DNA of 64,000 nt from the human T2T-CHM13v2.0 reference genome, Homo sapiens, in assembly GCF_009914755.1 (NCBI RefSeq), contig NC_060932.1; one strand, written 5' to 3'. The translations under genes and the position numbers were made by a program. Below the pieces are notes generated by a model. It did no database searches and was not told the origin of the DNA. It saw only the letters and a program-made list of their open reading frames with translations. Positions 1 to 11,059 of the stretch are shown here, piece after piece (positions within the stretch are counted from its first letter, which is position 1; every line of letters starts with the position of its first letter).

Positions 1-584
1 TTAGAATTATACAGTGAACTAGTACTTTTGGTTACTAACTTTCATGCTCATTTTTTAACTTCTAACTTCCAGTTGCCTTAAGAGTTTAATGTCTTCAAGG
101 CAGGGATTCTGTTATTTTGAAGGATACCATGAACACTTGCAGCTCCATGTATGTTACAAATGACAATAAATAAAATGCATATTGCACAGATAAGAATAGT
201 AGCTTATTTTATAAGATACATGGCAATACATGTCCTAAGACCAGAGTTTTGAACTGGATCATATTTAATTACGGCTAATGAATTCTTGGGAATTTTAAGT
301 ATCAAAAAGTCATAGCATCATCTCATTTTTGAATGATTAACTATGAAAAAAATGAAACAAAAGGACTGGCAGAAGGCTTAATAATTTTAGAGTATACTCA
401 ATTGCCAGTATATATGCATCTATTTAATCTGCAGCTTTGAGATGGTAAAAACTTTGAAGTATACATACAAAGTAGAAAATCTGGCTGCTTAACTAATTCT
501 TTACTTAAATAATTAATGGAAAACTAAATTTAATAATGTTTATATACAATGAGTTAAAGATATTTATCTTTAAGTCTGACATGG

Positions 585-665
585 TATTGTATGTATGTAT
601 ACACACATATATATGTATACATGTATATACATATGTCTGTGTGTATATATATAGATATAGACACA
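585..665. repeat. Mixed (TA/CA/TG) low-complexity microsatellite downstream of PURG
   Basis: tatgtatgtatacacacatatatatgtatacatgtatatacatatg... Confidence 0.8.
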
Positions 666-2863
666 TACCCAAATCTTATCAGACCCAAAAGGTAAAAGGA
701 AATCATTTAGACCTAATGGATATAAATATTTTAGAAAGGAAGACTTTAAGAGAGTGTATACACTCATAGCAATAGCGATAGGAACAATCAAATACTAGAA
801 TATTCACAGCTCCAGTTTGCCAAAATCTGACAGGTTGATTATTATTAATAGGCACTATGATGGGCAGCAATAACAATCAGTAGTACAGTAATTCAAGTGC
901 ACATCATTCCTTCATAGACCAAAAACTACTTTTTTAGCAAGCCTACATAGTTATTTTACAGTTAGGACTGTTTAAAAATCCTTGCTACTTTTAGAGTCTC
1001 AACACCCACCATGTGCTATTAGCTCTAGTACTAACATTATCTCCTAACCTTCAGTTGTTCCATAGTGATCCAGATGGTCCACAATTATAATGAACTAATG
1101 AGATTCCTTCACGCTACTAGAGGAAATGTGAAATACAATCTGCAAACCAACACTAGTATATATGTCGGGGTTACTGATTGCTTGTTCTTAAGTAACATAA
1201 ACCAATGAAATTAATTTTTTTAATTCATACCATCAAGTTTTCTTAGTGACCTCACGTAAAGGTATTGGGGGACAAAACTCTGGAAGAAAAAAATCGCTGA
1301 TATAATTTTAAATTACTTTTAGCATATAAAAGAAGAGCTACATTCTGATTTGAATCCATGCAGCCAGCTCTCATCAATGAGAGTGATATTTGGGGGTTGA
1401 AATCAGTGTTCTGGCTCTTAAATATGATTAGATGGACTTATTGTGTGGGAGGTGAATAAAGCCAAGATAAAAGACAATAATTTCATTCAGAAGAAAATAT
1501 AGCTGAATAGATGTAATTTCAGTCAATTAATACAGGATGGGTTGGTACACATATAACACTATATCCACTTGTTTAAAAAATTGCTTAGGTGTTGAAAAAT
1601 TGCTGTGGCACTTCCTGGAAAGTAATTTTTAATACAGGTAAATGGGTGAGTCTTGTGTAAAGTCAGAAAGAGCACCTTGGAAAATGCCTGAATTTTCCTT
1701 TCAAATATATTTATAACCAATCTTCAAATAATATTTTTCTCAGACTGGAAATTTGTATTCTAAATTATTTTTAGAAAAAAAAAATCCCCACCCCCTCCAG
1801 AATTAAAACACCTGTAAAATACAGGATTATATTGGAAGTGTTGACATGGTTTTAAGGGTAGCAATTGCAAAAGTGCTACTAAAATATATTATTACAGGTA
1901 TATTTTTATATCAGTTAATTGGTACACCAACCCTTCTGAAAGAGTGTTAAAGAAGAAGCATAAAGTATAACACCTTGAGTCCATGATATATTTTGGGGAA
2001 GAAACCTCTTGCAATCTTTAAATTAGCATGAAAAGCTACACCACCAAGATTTCCATAGCAAAGCCATTGGATGAAGCCTCCCACTCAATGTGACATAAAA
2101 GTAATTCCTGAAACTTTGGAAAGTCAATAAAAATATATGGAACATTAAGTAGAGGTAAAGAAGGGATTGTAACTAAACTTAGAATAACGAATTAAAACTC
2201 TCCCATGGCTTTGATATGGCAACTATAAAATGTAGGGTTACCACAAAGTTTGAAATTATAGAATACTATAGTATTCTTAAGAAATATTATGACATTATAT
2301 TTTTAAGGTTTAATTAGGTAATAAGATTTGATCCTTTGATGGTATATTCAGTTATTCAACGGACAATATACGTCTACTTGTACTTTTATAAGTAAATATT
2401 TATATATACCGGAGGTCAATTTCTGTTTCTGTGGTAACTGCCCTACAGGTAAGCTTAGCAGCTTTTAATGAAGTAGAATTGAAATACTTTTGGGGGAAAG
2501 TCACACTTCTATTTAAGTATATGTATCTTTTTTCGGGATTATGTCATAGTGCAATGTAAATCTTAGTTATGGTATTTAGAATGTCAGAATGTCACATTTT
2601 GTGCTGATTTGCATACTTCAATAGTCTGGAGCAGTTGAAGCAGCTAAACTATTTAGCTCTGGGAAGGTTGGAATTCCCGTAAGAATTATAGTGATCTATG
2701 TGTAACATAACATGAGAATCAGACTTCCTGAAGTATCAACTACTAGAGGTATTACTAATAACAACGGGCCAAAAAAGAGGAAAAACTTCTTCAAAGGATA
2801 ATGGATCAGTACTTTTAGCCAATTTGTGATTTTAAATTTTGCCTGATGGAGTTCAATTTCACT

Positions 2864-3907
2864 CTAGTCGAGGCATTCTTGTTCTTCACCACTGGCCTTT
2901 CTGCCATCCATTCTCTTTTCTTTATGGCTGTTGCAAATTTTCCTCATCTCTTCTTCATACTTGATAAAATTCTCCCCAAACCTTGTCCAAGCTTTGAATG
3001 GAACAGTAATAGTATTACGGTAAGGTGGTCTCACCTCACTTACCTTCAGGAAAATTCCATATTTATTAGAGCCCACATCAAAGTAGAACCTTTTATTGTC
3101 CACTCTGAAAGAAGTCCCCTCTGGGAGTTCAAGCGGGTCATCGTCTCCACCTCTTCGTTCTTCTATGTCTCCTTCGCCATAGTCTTCAATCAGCTGAACC
3201 AAGGCATCACGAAACTCAATCATTCCTTGTGCTGGGAGGACAATAGTCTGTTCTTGGCCCAAACTGTGGCCAAAATAACCTATCATGCCAGTCCCCCGCA
3301 TCATGGTTTGTCTAATCCGTAGGAAGCGACCCCGCTGATTTTCCTTTAGGTCTAGGTAATATTTCCTATTGTCCCTCTCGATATAGTCTGTTTTCAGGAC
3401 ACTGTGAGGATGCTCTTCGGACCCCACCGAGACTGGTGGGGAGGGTGCCGAGTGCTTCTGCCTCCTTCTGGAGCCTTGCTCTTTGCTGTGGCCATGCTCT
3501 TGCCGGTGGCCTTTCAGGCCCAGGTGGGCATAGTGCTCGATGAAGTCCCCTAGACAGTCCTTCAGCTCCGCTGCCACAGACAGGGAGAGGGTCAGTTTAC
3601 TCTTTCTGATGTTGTCCTGCCGGCCTCTCCCTATCCAGACTTCGGCTATCTTTAGGAAGCGGCCCCGGGAGCTTTGCTTCACGTCTAGGTAAAACCTCTT
3701 TTTCTGGATGTCCACTCGTTTGGAGGCCAGCTCCTGGATTTCGGCTGCGCCCCCGGCCTGATTAGGGGTGGCTGAGGCCGCGTAGTGGGGGTAGTGGGAG
3801 TGCTGGGCCTGGGGATAGAGTCTACTCTTGCTTAGGCCAGAGCCCCCTACATTCTTGCCTCCGCGGCCGCGGCCGCCGCCGCCTCCCCTTCGCCTGGCTC
3901 TTTCCAT
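2864..3907 (-). CDS. PURG: Purine-rich element-binding protein gamma (Pur-gamma, isoform A, 347 aa), single coding exon
   Basis: ATG at 3907-3905 ([12 protein letters not shown]...) to TAG at 2866-2864 gives 1044 nt. Gly-rich N-terminus and three PUR repeats ([59 protein letters not shown]). Head-to-head with WRN, as known for PURG. Confidence 0.97.
   Translation of the reverse strand: MERARRRGGGGGRGRGGKNVGGSGLSKSRLYPQAQHSHYPHYAASATPNQAGGAAEIQELASKRVDIQKKRFYLDVKQSSRGRFLKIAEVWIGRGRQDNIRKSKLTLSLSVAAELKDCLGDFIEHYAHLGLKGHRQEHGHSKEQGSRRRQKHSAPSPPVSVGSEEHPHSVLKTDYIERDNRKYYLDLKENQRGRFLRIRQTMMRGTGMIGYFGHSLGQEQTIVLPAQGMIEFRDALVQLIEDYGEGDIEERRGGDDDPLELPEGTSFRVDNKRFYFDVGSNKYGIFLKVSEVRPPYRNTITVPFKAWTRFGENFIKYEEEMRKICNSHKEKRMDGRKASGEEQECLD
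3038..3046 (-). other. PURG: Internal 5' splice donor in the PURG coding exon (AAG|GTAAGT), likely the isoform B donor
   Basis: Minus strand reads CCTGAAG|GTAAGTGAG, a consensus donor after ...GIFLK. PURG is known to have an isoform with an alternative distal C-terminal exon, which I did not locate in this window. Confidence 0.75.
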
Positions 3908-3913
3908 CTTCAG

Positions 3914-4202
3914 CTGCAAGTAACAAACAGACACACGGGATGGGGTGGGGGAGGGGTGTTGAGAACAATCGCAGACGCCCCTCGGCCTGACCGCCCCGCC
4001 GCCGCCCGCGACCCCCACGCCGGGCCCGGCTCCCCCGGCGCCGCAGCGCGGGGCTCCAGCCACTGCCGGCCGGTTGGCGGCCGCCGCTCCGGCTCTGCCC
4101 GCGCTCCCCGCATCCCTCCGCCGCCCCCGGGGCCGCTCCCGCACGCCGCCGCCGCCCGTCCCGCGCTCCGCGGCCCCAGGTCTCCAGCCGGCGGGCACTC
4201 AC
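3914..4202 (-). other. PURG: Putative PURG 5'UTR intron (289 nt)
   Basis: Minus-strand donor GAT|GTGAGT at 4202-4197. Acceptor TGTCTGTTTGTTACTTGCAG|CTGAAGATG lies 6 nt upstream of the start codon. Confidence 0.65.
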
Positions 4203-4218
4203 ATCATCTCTGCCATCA

Positions 4219-4330
4219 CCGCCGCCGCCGATGCCCTTCACGACCACCGCCGCCGCCACCGCCAGCTCTCGGCCCCTCTGCTGCAGCCGCCGCAGCCGCC
4301 GCCCCCCGCCTCCTCCCCCGCCGCCGCCGC
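4219..4330. repeat. Interrupted (GCC/CGG)n trinucleotide-rich tract in the PURG 5' leader
   Basis: Runs such as ccgccgccgccg, ccgccgccgccaccgcc and gcagccgccgcagccgccgcc. Confidence 0.7.
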
Positions 4331-4727
4331 TCGCACTGCCCCCCGCCGGAGCAGCCGGGCAGGGGCATCGCCCGCGGCGCCCACCGCAGCCGCCCCTCCT
4401 GCGGCCGCTGCGGGGGCCGCCGCCTGACTTCGGACACCGGCCCCGCACCCGCCAGGAGGGGAGGGAAGGGGAGGCGGGGAGAGCGACGGCGGGGGGCGGG
4501 CGGTGGACCCCGCCTCCCCCGGCACAGCCTGCTGAGGGGAAGAGGGGGTCTCCGCTCTTCCTCAGTGCACTCTCTGACTGAAGCCCGGCGCGTGGGGTGC
4601 AGCGGGAGTGCGAGGGGACTGGACAGGTGGGAAGATGGGAATGAGGACCGGGCGGCGGGAATGTTCTCACTTCTCCGGATTCCACCGGGATGCAGGACTC
4701 TAGCTGCCCAGCCGCACCTGCGAAGAG

Positions 4728-4746
4728 ACTACACTTCCCGAGGTGC
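4728..4746 (+). promoter_or_regulatory. ZNF143 (SBS)/THAP11-type ACTACAnnTCCC promoter element
   Basis: ACTACACTTCCCGAGGTGC matches the ACTACAnnTCCCRnnnnGC motif typical of bidirectional CpG promoters. Confidence 0.75.
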
Positions 4747-4767
4747 TCAGCGGCAGCGAGGGCCTCC

Positions 4768-4778
4768 ACGCATGCGCA
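4768..4778. promoter_or_regulatory. NRF1-like site
   Basis: ACGCATGCGCA versus consensus YGCGCATGCGCR. Confidence 0.6.
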
Positions 4779-4847
4779 CCGCGGCGCGCTGGGCGGGGCT
4801 GGATGGGCTGTGGTGGGAGGGTTGCAGCGCCGCGAGAAAGGCGAGCC

Positions 4848-4915
4848 GGGCCGGGGGCGGGGAAAGGGGTGGGGCAGGAACGGGGGCGGGGACGGCGCTG
4901 GAGGGGCGGGTCGGG
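4848..4915 (+). promoter_or_regulatory. Sp1/KLF GC-box cluster with G-quadruplex-forming G-runs, just upstream of the WRN start
   Basis: gggccgggggcggggaaaggggtggggcaggaacgggggcgggg...ggaggggcgggtcggg: at least 8 runs of G3 or longer and three GGGGCGGG boxes. Confidence 0.7.
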
Positions 4916-4929
4916 TAGGTCTCCCGGAG

Positions 4930-5098
4930 CTGATGTGTACTGTGTGCGCCGGGGAGGCGCCGGCTTGTACTCGGCAGCGCGGGAATAAAGTTTGCTGATT
5001 TGGTGTCTAGCCTGGATGCCTGGGTTGCAGGCCCTGCTTGTGGTGGCGCTCCACAGTCATCCGGCTGAAGAAGACCTGTTGGACTGGATCTTCTCGGG
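4930..5098 (+). other. WRN: WRN non-coding exon 1 (5' end approximate)
   Basis: Donor CTCGGG|GTAAAG at 5098/5099. Sequence matches my recollection of the WRN mRNA leader joining to TTTTCTTTCAG at 29494. The TSS cannot be determined from sequence alone. Confidence 0.75.
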
Positions 5099-6209
5099 GT
5101 AAAGTGTCTTCCTATTCCCGTTTTCCCAGCTCCGTGCCCCGGGGTATCTATAGTGCTAGGCTTCTGAGACACGTGGAGGCGCTTAGGCCCGCGGAGCAGG
5201 CCCCTGGGCTGTGTTTGGGAGATTCTGGAAAAACAGACTTTCTCCCTTTTCCTTTCCCCTCTGGAGCAGCTGGGAAAGGCGTCTCTCGGAGCTTCCGCCA
5301 TTCAGAAAGTGTTTCCCCGCCCCTGACGGCCCCAGCTTGATGTTTACCTTGCGCGCTTAGTTAGGATTGCTCTTTCTAGTACGGCCTTTATTATGGCAGA
5401 AATTGAGCCACTACAGGTCTGCACAGCAAAGTCGAGGGAAATAACCTGCTGTCTATGATTTAGCAAGTGATGATGGATATTTTTGAGTTCAAATCACTCA
5501 GTCTTTAATGGATTTTCTTTTCTTTTTTTCCTAGTTGAATCTCAGTTGTTCTCAGGCTAGGTTTGATATGAAAAATACTACTCCCTATTGAAGAGGGTAA
5601 TATAATTCTTAGGATGCTAATACAGGAGTCTGTAAGTCGGAGTACTTCAGGCTTTTTATGGTTCGGTACATTTCTTTTTAGGGGTGGGATATTGGGATAA
5701 GTAGGACAGTTCAGATCTTGATGTCATTGAATAGTGGTGTCTACCTAAAAGGAAGAGGCTGGGGCACAAAATTATAATTTAAAGTGTTTACTTCAGCCAA
5801 AATGAGGACAGCTGCCCAGGACTCATTTCCCAGTTGCCTTGGGGAGTGCTCCTTCAGCCTTGGTTACAAGCAGGTTTTTAAAGGCGAAGGGGAAGAGTGG
5901 GCTGAGACAAAGTTGGTCAGGAATTGTTATTGGTTTACAGAGATACCATTGCTTAGTGATTGGCTGTACACTGTAACTCATAGGGTATGAGTTATCGTGT
6001 CCAGCATATGGCATTTTATGGCTTCTTGGTTCCAGTCTAGAGCCCATATAGCAGGTGGGCTTTAAGAGATAATTATCCAGCTCAGACCGGGAGTGAGACG
6101 GGACTGTTTTTTCATTCTAATGCCTCTCTGGGCCTGATAATTTAAAGGGGCTTGCATTCTTCAGCTAAAATTTTATTTTCTTTTATTTTTTTTCCCCCAC
6201 AGTGGTCTC

Positions 6210-6770
6210 CCTTTATTAATCCAACAAATGTTTATTAAGGACTGCTCTAGGCACTAGAGATACCAACAATGAACAAAACAGACAAACATCTCTCTCCTTT
6301 TGGAGCTTACATTTTAGTGGAAAGAGACAGGCAAAAAGTAAAATTATAGGATGACAGAAGGTGAAAATAGAGATTAAAAAGGAAAGGGGGATGAAGAGTG
6401 TGTGTGTGTGTTGTGGGTGGGGGGCTGTAGGGAGCTGCAGTTTTACAATAAGTGGTCAGGGACGTCCTCGCTGAGAAGGGAATTTTTGAGTCCAGAGCTC
6501 AAGGAAGTGAGAGAACTTACCTTGACGTTCTCTGGAGGAGAAGAAAGTACAAAGGCCCTGGGGGAACCTGCCTCTTTATGTTCAGAGAGCAACTTAAGAG
6601 GCCTAGTGAGCTGGAGCAGAGCGGAGAGGAGGTCAGAGGTCAGGCCAGAAAGGGAAAGGGGCCAGAATGTGTAGGACTTTATGGGCTATATTGAAAATTG
6701 GGGCTTTCATTCTGAGGGAGATGGGAAGCTGTTGGAGAGTTGTTAGGGAAACGTGATCTGAATTATGTTT
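6210..6770 (-). mobile_element. L2 LINE 3' fragment
   Basis: atccaacaaatgtttattaagg...ctaggcactagagatacc...ggagcttacattttagtgg, typical antisense L2 3' end. Confidence 0.65.
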
Positions 6771-6789
6771 CTAAAAAATTGGAGTAAGA

Positions 6790-9700
6790 TATCATAAAAT
6801 TTGCCATCTTAGTCTTTTTTGTATCTGGCCAATTCCACTCAGAATTCTTTTTTAAACAGCTTTATTGAGATATAATTAATATATCATATGATTCACTCAT
6901 TTAAAGTGTGCAATACAATGGTTTTTAGTTTGTCTTCAGAGTTGTACAACCTTTATCACAATTACCTTTAGGACTTTTTCATTACCCAAAAGAGAATCTC
7001 CATAACCATTAGTACTCAATCCCACCCGCTTTCCTAGCAATCACTTACCTATTTTTTTGTCTCTATATAGCTCTCAAACCCTATGATATTCCTTCTATCT
7101 AACTGTATTTTTGTACTCATTAACAGCCTCTCTTCATTCCCACCACCCATCCATCCCAGCCTCTGGTAATCACCATTCTACTTACTACCTCAATGACATC
7201 AAATTTTTTAGCTCCCACATATAAGTGAGAACATGCGATATTTGTCTTTCCCTGCCTGGTTTATTTCACTTAACAGAATGTCTTCCAGTTCCATTCATGT
7301 TGCTGCAAATGACAGGATTTCATTCTTTATTATGGCTTAATACTATTCCATTGTATATGTATATCACATTTTCTTTATCCACTCATCTGTTGATGGACAG
7401 TTAGCTTGATTCCATATTCTGGCTATTGTTGAATAGTGCTGCAGGAAACATGGAAGTGCAGATAGCTCTTTGACATACTGATTTCATTTCCCTTGAATAT
7501 ATACCCTGTAGTGGATTTGCTGGACCCGCTTGTAGTTCTACATTTAATATTTTGAGTTATTTCCATAATGTTAGTAATAATTTACATTCCCACCAACAGC
7601 GAGGAAGGAGTTCCCTTTTCTCCACATCCTCGCCAACACTTATCTTTTGTCTTTTTGGTAATAGCCATTCTAACAGGTGTGAGGTGATATCTCATTGTGA
7701 TTTTGATTTACATTTCCCTGATGGTTATTGATGAGCAATGTTTCATATACTTGTTGGTTATTTGTATATCTCCTTTTGAGAAATGTCTATTCAGGTCTTT
7801 TGCTCATTTTTTAAATATGGTTTTTTAATTTTTTTATTTTTTTGCTATTGAGTTGTTTGACATCCTTAAACATTTTGGAAATTAACCTCTTATTAGATGT
7901 ATAGTTTGCAAATATTTTATCCGATTCTGTAGATTCTGTCTTCAGTCTGTTGAATTTGCTGTGCAGAGAAGCATTTTATTTTGATGTAATCCCTTTGTCT
8001 ATTTTTGCTTTTGTTACCTTTGCTTTTGAAGTCATATCCAAAAAATCATTGCCCAGATCAGCAGTCCCCAACCTTTTTGGTACCAAGGACTGGTTTCATC
8101 GAAGACAATTTTTCCATCCACAGGAGGGAGGGGATGGTTTCAGGATATTTCAAGCGCATTACATTTATTGTGCACTTTGTTTCTATTATTATTACATTGT
8201 AATATATAGTGAAATAATTATACAATTCACCATAATGTAGAATCACTGGGAGCCCTGAGCTTGTTTTCCTGAAACTTGAGGGTCCTATCTGGGAGTGATG
8301 GGAGACAGTGACAGTTCATAAGGCATTAGGTTCTTCTAAGGAGCATACAACCTAGATCCCTTGCATGCGCAATTCACAGTAGGTTTTGCGCTGCTATGAG
8401 AATCTAATGCCACCGTTGATGTGTCAGGAGGTGGAGCTCAGGTGGTAACGTGAGGAATGGGGAGCAGCTGTAAAGAAAAATGAAGCTTCGCTTGCTTGCC
8501 TGCTGCTCACCTACTGCTTTGTGGCCTGGTTCCTAACAGGCCATGGACTGGTACTAATCTGTGGCCCTGGGGTTGGGAACCTCTAGCCCTGACCAATGTT
8601 AGGGAGCTTTTTTCCTGTGTTTTCTTCAAGTGGTTTCATGGTTTGGGGTCTTACATTTAAGTCTTTAGTCCATTTTGAGTTGATGCTGTATGTGGTGAGA
8701 GATAATTGACTACTTTCATTCTTTTGCATATGGTTATCAGTTTTCCCAACACCGTTTATTGAAGAGCCTGACCTTTCCCCATTGTGGGTTCTTGGCTCTT
8801 TTGTCAAAAATCAGTTGGCTATAAATATGTGGTTTTATTTCTTGGGTCTCTGTTCTGTTCTATTATCTGTGTGTCTCTTTATGCCAGTACCGTGCTGTTT
8901 TAATTACTAGAGTTTAGTATATTTTGAAGTCAGGTAGTGTGATGCCCCTAGCTTTGTTCTTTTAGCTCAACATTGCTTTGGCTATTCAGAGTCTTTTGTG
9001 AGGATAATGTTTTCAAGGTTCACCCATGTTGTGGCATGTATCAGAACTCGATTTCTTTTTATGGCTGAATAATATTCCATTTGTTTATATTATATATATG
9101 CCATATTTATTTATTCATATGTTGATGGACACTTAGGTTGTTTCCACCTTTTGGCTATTGTGAATAATGCTGTTATTAACATTGGTGTACAAGAATCTGT
9201 TTGAGTTCCTATTTTCAATTCTTTTGGGAATATACCTACGTGTGGACTTACTAGATCACATGGTAAGCTTTTAGTTTAGCTTTTTAAGGAACTGCTAAAA
9301 CTGTTTTTCCATGGGAGCAGTGTACAAGTGTTCCAGTTCTCCATATGCTCACCAAAACTTAATTTCCTTTTTTAAAAATTATAGCTATCCTAGTAGGTGG
9401 TGGGAAGTGGTATCTTACTGTGGTTTTATTTTGTATTTCTTTAATGACTAATGATGTTGAGCATCTTTTAATGTGCTTATTGGCCATTATATGTCTTCTT
9501 TGGGAACTGTCTATTAAGTCCTTTGCCCATTTTTTAATTGAGTTTTTTTTTCTGTTGAATTGTGGGAGATCTTTATATATTCTGAATATTAAACCCTTAT
9601 TGGGTGTATGATTTGCAAATAATTTCTCCCATTTTGTGGGTTTTCTTCACTTTTTGATATTGTTCTTTGATTCACTTTTAAATTTTTATAGAGTCCAGTT

Positions 9701-11050
9701 TATCTGTTTTTTCTTTTATTACCTATGCTTTTGGCATCATACCTAATTCCCAAATCCAATGCCATGAAGATTTTCTGTTATGTTTTCTTTTAATAGTTTT
9801 ATAGTTTTACTTTTTCTATTGGAGTTTTAAGTAAATTCTTGTATATTAGTGTGATACATTTTAAGTTATTTTTGTATATGGTGTGAGGTAGGGGTCCAAC
9901 TTCACTCTTTTCCATATGGAGATCCAGTTGTCCCAGCACCACATGTTTAAGAGTCTATTCTTTCCCCACTGAATGGACTTGGCACCCTTGTCAAAAATCA
10001 ATTGGTGGTAAATGTATGGATTTACTCCTGGAATCTCAATTCTATTCTATTGTATTTATATTTCTGTCCTTATGCCTGTACCACACTGTTTTGATTACAG
10101 TAGCTTTGTAGTAAGTTTAGAAATTGGGAAACATGAGTCCTCCAACTTTGTTCTTCTTTTCAAGATTATTTTGGCTATTTGGGGTCCCTTGCAATTCTGA
10201 TGAGTTTGAGGATCACCTTTTCCATTTCTGCAGAAAAGCCTTTTGATAGGGATTGCATTGAATCTGTAGATAACTTTGGGTAGTATTGACATCTTAACAA
10301 TATTAAGTCTTTCTATGCATAAACATGGGATATCTTTCCATTTATTTGTGTTTTCTTTAATTTCTTTCAGCAGCATTCTGTAGTTTTCAGAGTACACGTT
10401 TTTCACCTCCTTGGTTAAATTTATTCCTTGGTATTTTATTCTTTTAGCTGCTATTGTAAATGCAGTTACTTTCTTAGTTTCCTTTCAGATTGTTCATTTC
10501 TGGTGTATAACAACAGCTGATATTTCAACGTTGATGTTGTACTCTGAAACTTTGTTGAATTTACTTATTAGATCTAGTAGCTTTCTTTGAGATTTTTATA
10601 TGGGATTATGTCATCTGTATATAGAGATAGTTTTACTTCTTCCTTTCCATTATGGATGCCTTTTATTTCTTTTCCATGTCTAATTTCTCTGGCTAGAACT
10701 TTCAATATGATGTTGAAAAGCAGTGGTGAAAGTGGGTATCTTTGTCTTGCTTCCTATCTTAGGTGGAAAGCTTTCAGTCTTTCACCATTAAGTATGGTGT
10801 TAGCTGTGGGTTTTCATAAATGCCCTTTATCATGTTGAGGAAATACCCTTTTATTCCTAGTTTTCTGAGTTTTTATCATGAAAGGGTGTTGGATTTTGTC
10901 AAATGCCTTTTCTGTGTCAATTGAAATGATCATGTATTTTTCCTCCCTTATCTTAATGTAATGTGTTATATTGATTAATTTTCTTATGTTGAACCACCCT
11001 TGCCTTTCTGGGGTAAATTTCAGTCACTTATGTTATATAGTCCTTTAAAT
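6790..11050 (-). mobile_element. Nested old L1 (L1MA/MB-type) fragments with ORF2 remnants
   Basis: Antisense L1 3'UTR text (gctcccacatataagtgagaacatg). Minus-strand ORFs 10095..10406 (WKDIPC...[22 protein letters not shown]) and 8583..8807 are L1 ORF2-like. Confidence 0.9.
8059..8585 (+). mobile_element. MER1A-type hAT (Charlie) non-autonomous DNA transposon inserted in L1
   Basis: Termini cagcagtccccaacc ... ggttgggaacctcta, 527 nt. Degenerate 8-bp TSD gcccagat (8051) / gccctgac (8586). Confidence 0.8.
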
Positions 11051-11059
11051 TGTGTTATC

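Larger units (their letters stand above)
3700..5400. promoter_or_regulatory. CpG island / bidirectional PURG-WRN promoter
   Basis: Very GC- and CpG-rich block in otherwise AT-rich DNA, between divergent 5' ends. Multiple GGGCGG boxes and no evident TATA box. Confidence 0.93.

Noticed and set aside
1-2863. PURG isoform A poly(A) site
   Set aside because: Several ATTAAA-type hexamers on the minus strand, but none can be singled out from sequence alone.
2846-3322. 158-aa plus-strand ORF
   Set aside because: Antisense shadow of the PURG CDS, with no independent support.
3908-4198. 97-aa N-terminal extension of PURG in the 444-aa ORF call
   Set aside because: It begins at a GTG overlapping a splice donor and lies in a GC-rich putative intron. 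Pur homology and the known protein start at ATG 3907.
3822-5340. Many long overlapping ORFs (315, 320, 184 aa etc.) on both strands
   Set aside because: Stop-codon scarcity in a CpG island; low-complexity G/R/P/A translations with no domain.
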